Shown: positions 25,259 to 33,266 of the stretch, piece after piece
Numbering within the stretch: position 1 is the stretch's first letter
Layout of the letters: each line of letters begins with the position of its first letter
Source: an uncultured Candidatus Saccharibacteria bacterium
GTDB taxonomy: Bacteria > Patescibacteriota > Doudnabacteria > UBA920
DNA length: 60,241 nucleotides
Reading direction: 5' to 3'
NCBI GenBank assembly: GCA_964642585.1
Contig: CAZXPB010000002.1
Coordinates: 1 to 60,241, forward strand
Program-made: the position numbers and the translations under genes
The notes under the pieces: generated by a model
The model's database searches: none
What the model saw: only the letters and a program-made list of their open reading frames with translations
What the model was told of the DNA's origin: nothing

Positions 25259-26563
25259 CTAGCGCTCAAGTCTTTTTTTAACTTCTATGATTATTTTATC
25301 ATAAGAAAACACTTCTTGCATCCCGCTTTTTACATCCCGCAAGATCACCATATCATCCATAGCTTCCTTTTGACCCATAATCAGTGCAATTGGGGCTTTG
25401 CTTTCTTCGGCTTGCTTGAGTTGGTTTTTTACACCCATTGTCCCGAAGTGATCGTGGACATGAATATTTTCAGCAATCAAATCTCTGAACAAGCGAAGAC
25501 TTCGTTTAGAAGCTAACTCCCCTAGTGGTACCAAGAACACTTCATTTTTATTGACCGCGGCAGTTTCAACTTCAGAAAGTTCTAATGCGCGTGACAACCC
25601 AGCAACACTACCCACAAAACCAAACGCAGGACTAGCTTTACCAATAATATTTTTTACCAGCAAGTCATGGTGTGCCGCTTCTCCAATGACAATTGTCTGA
25701 TTCCCTTTTTTATATTTCACAACTAAGTTAGTGCCGGTAGTTCCCTCGGTGCCAACATACAGTTGATTTAACTGATATGGTAAACCAAGTTCGTCTAAAG
25801 CCTCAAGGATGTCTGTAAATTGTTTGCGCGCATTTGTATCTAGAAAATCTACAATGGCTGGTGCTTCGGCAGTAGTAAGCTGACAATCTAAATTTTCACA
25901 TCGCAAAACATTTAAAACACGGCCGCGAATATGATTATTACAATTTTCGCATAATTCAAACTCTTTGCCTTTTAGAAAATCCTTGAGAACGTTGGCATAG
26001 GCATTTTGCACTGATGGGTCACCTGAAGTATTTATATCTAACTGCACAGATTCTTCGTTCAATCCTAATCGCAACACCAAATCCCAAACCGCACTAATTA
26101 CTTGAGCTTCTGACAAATGATTGAATGTGCCAAGCACTTCATAGCCAAATTGATAATTAAACCTAACGGAGGAACTGCCTTCTGACTCAGCTACATTACC
26201 AATATACATCCATTTGGACATTGGTTCGCTTTCTACTATTTTTGATTGGGCATAATGCCTAAGAACTGACGGAAGTAACTGAGAACGCACACCATACGAC
26301 TTGCCTCCAAACTCAGATACCAAAATTCTTTCTAGTTCTTCCGGCTGATTTTTGAAATATTCAGAATAAATTTTATGTTCTTCTAAAATTGAGGTTTCCA
26401 CTGGAGCGAAACCATACAGTGAACCGACAGTTCTGACCTGTTCTAAAACAACACTCCAATATTGATGGGATTGAGTAGCAATATCTCTCAAACCTGTAAG
26501 CGCACCGGTCTTTGCCAGTTTCTTAATTATTTTTGGAGTAGCGGTTTTTTGCAATTCAGTCAT
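25259..26563 (-). CDS. HisRS-like paralog with degenerate catalytic motifs (HisZ-like) and a 4-Cys insertion
   Basis: 434 aa with the overall HisRS architecture and anticodon-binding domain. Motif 2 is reduced to VRFNYQFGYEVLG, RGLDYYTG to NQLYVGTEGTTGT, and GGRYD to GEAAHHD. The insertion is CENCNNHIRGRVLNVLRCENLDC. Confidence 0.7.
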   Translation of the reverse strand: MTELQKTATPKIIKKLAKTGALTGLRDIATQSHQYWSVVLEQVRTVGSLYGFAPVETSILEEHKIYSEYFKNQPEELERILVSEFGGKSYGVRSQLLPSVLRHYAQSKIVESEPMSKWMYIGNVAESEGSSSVRFNYQFGYEVLGTFNHLSEAQVISAVWDLVLRLGLNEESVQLDINTSGDPSVQNAYANVLKDFLKGKEFELCENCNNHIRGRVLNVLRCENLDCQLTTAEAPAIVDFLDTNARKQFTDILEALDELGLPYQLNQLYVGTEGTTGTNLVVKYKKGNQTIVIGEAAHHDLLVKNIIGKASPAFGFVGSVAGLSRALELSEVETAAVNKNEVFLVPLGELASKRSLRLFRDLIAENIHVHDHFGTMGVKNQLKQAEESKAPIALIMGQKEAMDDMVILRDVKSGMQEVFSYDKIIIEVKKRLER

Positions 26564-26572
26564 TGTAAATAT

Positions 26573-27184
26573 TTAGTTAAAGATCGCTTCAGGGAACTTT
26601 GTGATTCCAAAGGTGTTAAGCGGGAAAACCCGAAGCCAAGCTGTGCCAATTATATCTTTCTTCGGTAATACCCCCCAAACTCTGGAATCACTTGAGGCAA
26701 GTCTGTTATCCCCAAGCACGAAATACTCTTCACTCCCCAAAGTAACTGTCTGATTATTCCCAAAGGTGATGTCTTGATTGGAAAGGTATGGCTCTGTCAA
26801 AGCGCTACCATCTGGATGTTCATTATTGTACACGTAGACTTTACCATTTTCAACTTTTATCTTTTCGCCTGGTAGACCGATGATTCTCTTAATGAAATAT
26901 TGGGTTGTATCTTTTGGATAACGGAACACAATCACATCACCGCGCTTTGGTTCATCAAATCTGTAAGTCATTTTATTAACCACTAAGTACTCTCTGTTGT
27001 GATAGTTGGGAACCATTGAGGAACCAGAGACAATAAATGGTTCAGCTACAAAAAACCGGAAGCCGATCATCACAATAAAAGCGATTACAATGATACGAGC
27101 TAGCTCCCAAAGGAATGAACCAACTGATGGTTTTTGTTCAGCTGGATCTTTTGGGTCAATTTCTTGGATGATTTCTTCAGACAT
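26573..27184 (-). CDS. lepB: Signal peptidase I
   Basis: 203 aa with an N-terminal TM segment, SGSSMVPNY (catalytic Ser), GDVIVF and GDNRLASSDSR. Confidence 0.9.
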   Translation of the reverse strand: MSEEIIQEIDPKDPAEQKPSVGSFLWELARIIVIAFIVMIGFRFFVAEPFIVSGSSMVPNYHNREYLVVNKMTYRFDEPKRGDVIVFRYPKDTTQYFIKRIIGLPGEKIKVENGKVYVYNNEHPDGSALTEPYLSNQDITFGNNQTVTLGSEEYFVLGDNRLASSDSRVWGVLPKKDIIGTAWLRVFPLNTFGITKFPEAIFN

Positions 27185-27280
27185 ATTTTATTTCAATTTA
27201 AGTAAATAACATATGAACTATAACACTGGAAAGCAGTCGGTGCAAGGTCTGGCTTTATGTGTAAATTCAGGGTATAATGA

Positions 27281-28681
27281 ATGAGCACTTATATGACTTC
27301 ACCAGAAATTTACACTAAAAATATAGGCAGTCCAGAACCACTTCCACCAAAGAAACCAAAGGGAAGAAATCTCCTAAAATGGCTAGTAATATTTATTGCC
27401 ATTTTAATTTTAGGACTTGGTGGTTTTTTACTAGTTCGTGCGACAGGAATTGCCAATAAAATTTTTGTCGGCCAAGAATCAAGTCTGTACACAAGAATTT
27501 CAGATTTAATTTCTAGTCAAACTGGCGGGAGTAAACTTGATGGCGAAAACGAAGGTCAAATAAATGTTTTATTACTTGGTATTGGTGGTGAAGGTCACGA
27601 TGGCCCTTACTTGTCTGACACAATTATTGTGGCGCAGATTAGACCCTCCGAGAAAAAAGCAACTATGATTTCGATCCCCCGAGATTACTTGGTAAACACT
27701 AAGGAAATTGGGCAAAGAAAAATCAACGCTGTGTTTGCAGAAAGTTTCCAAGCCAGTGGTGATTGGGATAAAGCCGGAGCTAGTATTAGAGATGTGGTGT
27801 CCAAAATGACTGGACTAGATATTCCCTACTTTGCAGTTTTGGATTTCAAAGGGTTTGAAAAAACCATTGACCTGCTTGGTGGAGTGGATGTACATGTGGA
27901 CCGCACCTTTACCGACTACACATATCCAGACACAAGAAATGGATACTTACCAGCTGTAACTTTTAAAGAAGGTCCTGAAAACATGGATGGCAAACGTGCG
28001 CTAATTTTTGCTCGCTCTCGGCATGCAGCCGGTGAAGAAGGAACAGACTTTGCCCGCAGTGCTCGTCAACAAAAAATTATTCAAGCAGCCAAAGAAAAAG
28101 TAGTCGCACTAAATATTGTTACCGACAGTAAAAAGATTAACGAATTGTTCTCTATCATTGGTGATCATTTCCATACCAATATGAGCCCTGGCCAGATCAT
28201 TCGTGCCTACGGCTTAACAAAAGATTTCGGAAAAGAGAATATAATAAGTCTAAGTCTTGACCCTGAAGGCGGCATCATTTGCCCACAAGTACTAGAAGAA
28301 AGTGGCGCGTGGGTCTTAACACTCTGTAGCGGTAAAACTACTAACGACCTAAAAGATTATTTTAAAAACAGTTTTTCAACTGGGCAACTCACAGCTGAAA
28401 AAGCCACCGTTTGGCTTGCCGACAGCAGTACTACTGGCCTACTCTACAAAAAAGCTGAAAAAGAACTAACCAACGCCGGCCTAACTGTTTACAAAGTGGT
28501 GTACTCAGGAAAGCCTCTCAGTCAAACAGTTGTTTACAGTGTGAATCACAAACCATCAACCTCAGAGTTCATAACTAATAAATTAAATGGTAGCCCAGTT
28601 TCACTACCTCCCCCAGGAATTAAAATTGATCCATCTAAAGTTGATGTAATAGTCATTTTAGGAACTCAGGAAACTCAGTAA
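27281..28681 (+). CDS. LytR-CpsA-Psr (LCP) family protein
   Basis: 466 aa with a TM anchor, NVLLLGIGGEG...SDTIIVAQI...ISIPRDY and FARSRH motifs. Confidence 0.85.
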   Translation: MSTYMTSPEIYTKNIGSPEPLPPKKPKGRNLLKWLVIFIAILILGLGGFLLVRATGIANKIFVGQESSLYTRISDLISSQTGGSKLDGENEGQINVLLLGIGGEGHDGPYLSDTIIVAQIRPSEKKATMISIPRDYLVNTKEIGQRKINAVFAESFQASGDWDKAGASIRDVVSKMTGLDIPYFAVLDFKGFEKTIDLLGGVDVHVDRTFTDYTYPDTRNGYLPAVTFKEGPENMDGKRALIFARSRHAAGEEGTDFARSARQQKIIQAAKEKVVALNIVTDSKKINELFSIIGDHFHTNMSPGQIIRAYGLTKDFGKENIISLSLDPEGGIICPQVLEESGAWVLTLCSGKTTNDLKDYFKNSFSTGQLTAEKATVWLADSSTTGLLYKKAEKELTNAGLTVYKVVYSGKPLSQTVVYSVNHKPSTSEFITNKLNGSPVSLPPPGIKIDPSKVDVIVILGTQETQ

Positions 28682-28688
28682 GAAATAT

Positions 28689-30005
28689 ATGAAGCAACTC
28701 CCAATCCTCGCAATTGTTGGTGAGCCAAATGTTGGCAAATCTACATTGATGAACAAAATTTATGGCAAGCGAATTGCAGTGACCTCTGTGGTAGCTGGCA
28801 CTACTCGTGACCGTCAGTATTTAGACACCAATTGGAATGGGGTTGATTTTACAATGGTAGACACAGCAGGAATTACTTTCGGCAACAAGCAAGAGTTAGA
28901 ACTGGAACTAGCAGAACAAATTGATGTAGCTACCTCCGAAGCGACTATGTTACTTCTAGTTGTAGATGGTAAAAGTCCAGTTGATGTAATAGATCGTAAA
29001 GCGATCTTAAAATTTCGCAAGATGAAAAAGCCAATTGTGGTCGCGGTAAATAAACTTGATTCTCCTAAAAACTTAGAAGAACTTACAGCGCCATTTTTAA
29101 AACTAGGAATTAAACATGTCTTCCCTACTTCAGCTGTCACGGGCCGGGGAATTGGTGATCTACTAGACCAAGTGGCTTTAGAACTAAAGAAATTTACTGT
29201 ACCCAAGTCAAATGTGCCAGTGGGAATTTCGGTAAGTATTGTCGGGAAGCCGAATGTTGGTAAATCTAGTATTTTAAATAAGATTTTAAATGAGCAGCGC
29301 GTGATCGTTTCCCCTATTCCAGGTACAACTCGCACCGCAATAGATACTCACGCAAAAATTGATAAGCAAGATTACACTTTCATTGACACTGCAGGGCTAA
29401 AGCGTAAAGATCACAGGCAAAAACAACCAGATGTTTTTTCTGGCTTCCAAACTTTTAAATCTATCCGTAGAAGCGATGTAGTTTTGTTTGTAATTGACGG
29501 TACTGAAACTATTACCAAACAAGACCAAGTTATTGCCGGTGATATTTTTGATATGGCAAAAGGTGTAATCATTGTGGCAAATAAAATGGATAAATTTGAA
29601 GGCAAAGAAAAAGAGCTTAACGACTACATTTCTCTTCACTTCCCATTCCTATGGTTCTCCCCTGTCTTTTTGGTGTCCGCTAAGAGCGGTAAAGGGATTA
29701 AAGAGGCCATTGATGCTATCAAACCAATTTACGAAAATCGCCAAAGACATATTGATGACGATAAACTCCAAATGGTTTTAGAACAAACCCTAAAAACCAA
29801 CCCTCCAAAGCGCTTGCGTGATCAACGCGAACCAAAAATCTATTCAATGACCCAAATTGCAGACAATCCACCAAACTTCCAACTATTAGTAAACCGCTCT
29901 GGGGCAATCTCTACTCAATACCGTCGATTCCTGCTAAAGCATTTAATCAAACGATTGGATCTTTACGGAACCCCTATCAAGCTCAGCTTGAAACAAAGAG
30001 AATAG
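28689..30005 (+). CDS. der: Ribosome-associated GTPase Der/EngA (tandem G domains plus KH-like domain)
   Basis: 438 aa with two P-loops, GEPNVGKST and GKPNVGKSS, and DTAG motifs. Confidence 0.93.
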   Translation: MKQLPILAIVGEPNVGKSTLMNKIYGKRIAVTSVVAGTTRDRQYLDTNWNGVDFTMVDTAGITFGNKQELELELAEQIDVATSEATMLLLVVDGKSPVDVIDRKAILKFRKMKKPIVVAVNKLDSPKNLEELTAPFLKLGIKHVFPTSAVTGRGIGDLLDQVALELKKFTVPKSNVPVGISVSIVGKPNVGKSSILNKILNEQRVIVSPIPGTTRTAIDTHAKIDKQDYTFIDTAGLKRKDHRQKQPDVFSGFQTFKSIRRSDVVLFVIDGTETITKQDQVIAGDIFDMAKGVIIVANKMDKFEGKEKELNDYISLHFPFLWFSPVFLVSAKSGKGIKEAIDAIKPIYENRQRHIDDDKLQMVLEQTLKTNPPKRLRDQREPKIYSMTQIADNPPNFQLLVNRSGAISTQYRRFLLKHLIKRLDLYGTPIKLSLKQRE

Positions 30006-30023
30006 TTACGATATAATACCCCC

Positions 30024-30575
30024 ATGAAACTAATCGTTGGACTTGGAAATCCTGGAACACAATACGAAAAGACCCGCCATAACGCCGGGTTTTTAAGCCT
30101 AGATTTCTTTCTGAAAGACCATCAGACAATTTCTTGCCAAGGAAAATTCAAGGCTCAAATTTGTGAAATGCATATTCAAAAAGAAGGCAGTTTGGAAAAA
30201 GTTTTTTTTGTGAAACCTCAAAGCTTTATGAACCTTAGTGGTGAAGTAGTAAATGAGATCGCGAACTTCTATAAAGTAGACATTACCAAGGATCTTTTAG
30301 TTCTCCACGATGAAAAAGATTTAAATTTTGGGATTGTTAAGGAAGCGAATGATTCTAGCAGCGCTGGCCACAATGGTGTGCAAAATATAATAGATGAATT
30401 GGGTACAAAAGATTTTTCTAGAGTGCGCATTGGCGTTGAATCTCGCGAAGAGGGCTCACCTCTTCCTACCGATGTCTTTGTCCTCCAACCTTTTACTACT
30501 GAGGAACTGAAAACTCTAAATGAAAAAGTATTTCCCGAAACAAATAAACTGATAGAAAAGTTTTTAGAAATTTAA
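30024..30575 (+). CDS. pth: Peptidyl-tRNA hydrolase
   Basis: 183 aa with LIVGLGNPGTQYEKTRHNAGF and GHNGV motifs. Confidence 0.92.
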   Translation: MKLIVGLGNPGTQYEKTRHNAGFLSLDFFLKDHQTISCQGKFKAQICEMHIQKEGSLEKVFFVKPQSFMNLSGEVVNEIANFYKVDITKDLLVLHDEKDLNFGIVKEANDSSSAGHNGVQNIIDELGTKDFSRVRIGVESREEGSPLPTDVFVLQPFTTEELKTLNEKVFPETNKLIEKFLEI

Positions 30576-30580
30576 CTTAA

Positions 30581-30785
30581 ACAAAATGACCGCCCTAAGA
30601 CAAGAGCGGTCATTTTTTTATAGTGCTTTATCTATAGAACCCCACCCACAAGTGAGAACCAGCAGGCATACGCCCACAAAGCTCTACTTAACCGCTAGAA
30701 ACATTGAATAGGAGGGATGATCAATGTCTTCGCGACTTGCAAGTGAGATACTACAGACAAACTCAAATGATTCGATTTCAAATAC
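30581..30785 (-). ncRNA. Candidate ~200-nt non-coding RNA, family unknown
   Basis: It is bounded by a minus-strand promoter (30792-30820) and the terminator at 30586-30619. The core is 32/60 GC at 30641-30700, against about 22-26/60 in coding lines. There is no credible ORF on that strand. Confidence 0.4.
30586..30619. terminator. Intrinsic terminator after pth, usable from both strands
   Basis: ATGACCGC-(12 nt)-GCGGTCAT followed by T7. On the other strand it is followed by TTTTGT. Confidence 0.8.
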
Positions 30786-30791
30786 TTCAGT

Positions 30792-30820
30792 AGTATACAC
30801 TAAATCGTGCTGTTTGTCAA
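30792..30820 (-). promoter_or_regulatory. Consensus-like promoter TTGACA-17-TATACT on the minus strand
   Basis: Plus-strand AGTATA at 30792-30797 and TGTCAA at 30815-30820, with a 17-bp spacer. Confidence 0.6.
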
Positions 30821-30900
30821 GGTAGGGGGAAATGAAGTTTTTATCTGGATTTTGGCTTTTCTTTAACGAATCTTGAAAGTGGTTTTGTTATGGTAACGGT

Positions 30901-32022
30901 ATGGAAAACGAACAAAACCCCAATTTTGAGCACCTCTATCTATATATACTATCCCTGCTCCCCGTACGGACTCTTTCAACCTACGAAAACTGGCGGGTCA
31001 AAGCTGGCTCGTTTGAAAAAATCTACTATGCCACCGAGAAAGAGCTGAACGAATTTGGCATTGGTCAAGAATTAATTTTAAAACTGCGCAACTTAAAAGC
31101 GGAATGGTCAGTAGAAAAGTTAGCGAGATCACTAGAGCAATCCGAAGTACAAACTCTCCCCTACACAGACGCTAGGTATCCGAACATTTTAAAAGAAATT
31201 TTTGATGCACCGCCACTATTATTCTTCCGCGGGAAATTGGCGGAGCAATCTGAGAATTGTATCGCTATTGTAGGCAGTAGAAAAATGTCTGAGTACGGCT
31301 CTCTTGTAGTACCGCGAATAACTAAACCACTACTAGACGTGGGGATTACTTTGGTATCCGGACTTGCTTACGGAATAGACTCAGCTGCACATGCAGAAAG
31401 TGTAAAACGCGGGGCAAGAACAATTGCTGTATTAGGCTCGGGCATTGACCCTGCCACGGTGTATCCGCGAGGACACTTTAGGCTCTCTGAAGAAATCCTT
31501 GAACATGGCGGCCTGTTACTTTCTGAGCAACCTCCACAAACTCCAGGGTTTAAACAAAACTTCATCGCGCGGAATAGAATCATTGCTGGCCTATCTTTGG
31601 GTGTAGTGGTAGTTGAAGCAAAGAAAAAAAGTGGCGCGCTTCTTACTGCTGACTTTGCTCTCGATTTTAATCGCTCCCTGTATGCTGTTCCCGGTCCAAT
31701 TTACTCTTCTTTAAGTGATGGACCAAACGCTCTCATCAAATCTGGGGCAAATTTAATTACAAGCGGTGAAGATATTCTAACGGATCTAGAAATTGCCCTA
31801 CCTAACCTGACTGCAGAATTTCAAGAGTTTAAAACAAGCACATTCTCAGATATAGAACAGCTTGTGCTAAAATGTATTCAAGGAAAAGTTTTAAGTTTCG
31901 CAAGTCTAGCAAGTCTGACCAAACTTGATGCACCAGAGCTGCTCTCAGCACTCACTACTTTGGAAATGAACGGAGAAATTAAAAACTTAGGCACTGGTAA
32001 TTTCACAACCCACAAACCATGA
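30901..32022 (+). CDS. dprA: DNA processing protein DprA
   Basis: 373 aa with IAIVGSRKMSEYG, SGLAYGIDSAAH and a C-terminal wHTH. Confidence 0.9.
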   Translation: MENEQNPNFEHLYLYILSLLPVRTLSTYENWRVKAGSFEKIYYATEKELNEFGIGQELILKLRNLKAEWSVEKLARSLEQSEVQTLPYTDARYPNILKEIFDAPPLLFFRGKLAEQSENCIAIVGSRKMSEYGSLVVPRITKPLLDVGITLVSGLAYGIDSAAHAESVKRGARTIAVLGSGIDPATVYPRGHFRLSEEILEHGGLLLSEQPPQTPGFKQNFIARNRIIAGLSLGVVVVEAKKKSGALLTADFALDFNRSLYAVPGPIYSSLSDGPNALIKSGANLITSGEDILTDLEIALPNLTAEFQEFKTSTFSDIEQLVLKCIQGKVLSFASLASLTKLDAPELLSALTTLEMNGEIKNLGTGNFTTHKP

Positions 32023-33188
32023 AGTTAAAATATTTAATTATATTGGTATCTTTTTTAGGACTTGTACTTTTAGCAAGTAGTGTTTTCGTTTGGCAAAATT
32101 ACAGGACTCAGGAAGCAATCCAAAAACAAGATTCCAACAAAGAAAGCTTTGAGGATTATTACCAAACTGCAAAAGATCTAAAAAACGCAGACAAAAAAAC
32201 TACTGAAATTTCCTTTCTTGCTGTCGGAGACATAATGCTTTCTCGCAATGTAGCTGGCACAATGGCCAAAAATGGCAAAGATGCTTACTTACCTTTCCGA
32301 GGCCTGGAAGATTTACTACACGAAACAGATTTTAACTTTGGCAATCTTGAATCCCCTTTTTCTGGTACAGACTCATTTAACCCAACTGGCTCTCTAGTTT
32401 TCAACGCCCCAACTTGGACACTACCTGGACTAGTGCAATACAATTTTAAAGTTTTAAATCTTGCCAACAACCACGCGCTTGACCAAGGCAAAGAAGGAAT
32501 TCTCTACACAAAAAAATTACTCACCGATAATGGATTAGTTCCATTAGGAGTTGGAAAAGATTTAACTGAAGCGTGGCAAGGCGGAGTTTACAATGCAAAA
32601 GGAGTTCGCGTGGGTTTTGTTGGTGCGTCCTATTCTTCTGTAAATGATGGCGGTAGTACCACCAATCCATATGTTGCTCGGATAGAAGATGTTGCCAAAC
32701 TAAAACTCGCGATTCAAGATTTAAAAACCAAGAGTGATTTTGTAGTCGTCACAATGCACGCCGGAACAGAATATGTGCGGTCGCCTAACCCTAGTCAAAC
32801 AGCTTTTGCGCGGGCGGCAGTAGATGCTGGCGCTGACATGGTAATTGGCGCGCATCCTCACTGGGCACAGACTTTTGAAAAATACAAAGATAAATACATT
32901 TTCTACTCACTCGGTAATTTTGTGTTTGACCAAATGTGGAGCCAAGATACAAAAGAAGGGTTAACTTTAAAAATTACTTTAAGTAAAAATGGTTCTTGTA
33001 CTCCAACTGCAGGTAGTGGTGCTTGCGCAAGTGATGTACAGGGCGGGACAACAGCCGCAACTTTAAAACAAATTGAACTGATTCCAGTGATAATTGAAAA
33101 CTACAGCACTCCTCGATTGGCTAACGAAACAGAGAAACAAATAATCTTGAAAAAAATCGGCGCAACTACTGATATAATTAATCCATAG
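32019..33188 (+). CDS. CapA-family metallophosphoesterase-like protein
   Basis: 389 aa with FLAVGDIMLSR, GNLESP, NLANNHALD, TMHAGTEY, GAHPHW and SLGNFVFDQ. There is a 4-nt ATGA overlap with dprA. Confidence 0.85.
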   Translation: MKLKYLIILVSFLGLVLLASSVFVWQNYRTQEAIQKQDSNKESFEDYYQTAKDLKNADKKTTEISFLAVGDIMLSRNVAGTMAKNGKDAYLPFRGLEDLLHETDFNFGNLESPFSGTDSFNPTGSLVFNAPTWTLPGLVQYNFKVLNLANNHALDQGKEGILYTKKLLTDNGLVPLGVGKDLTEAWQGGVYNAKGVRVGFVGASYSSVNDGGSTTNPYVARIEDVAKLKLAIQDLKTKSDFVVVTMHAGTEYVRSPNPSQTAFARAAVDAGADMVIGAHPHWAQTFEKYKDKYIFYSLGNFVFDQMWSQDTKEGLTLKITLSKNGSCTPTAGSGACASDVQGGTTAATLKQIELIPVIIENYSTPRLANETEKQIILKKIGATTDIINP

Positions 33189-33266
33189 ATTTGACAACCC
33201 AGCTACCAGTCAGCTAAACTCCCCTTTGTACTTACAAAAAGCATCATTCAATTCTTTAAACAACAC

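Noticed and set aside
30621-30720. SRP (4.5S) RNA or 6S RNA identity for the pth-dprA spacer RNA
   Set aside because: There is no GNRA-capped helix 8 with the AGCAGC/GGAA-type motifs. The 5' and 3' ends are not complementary, as a 6S rod would require.
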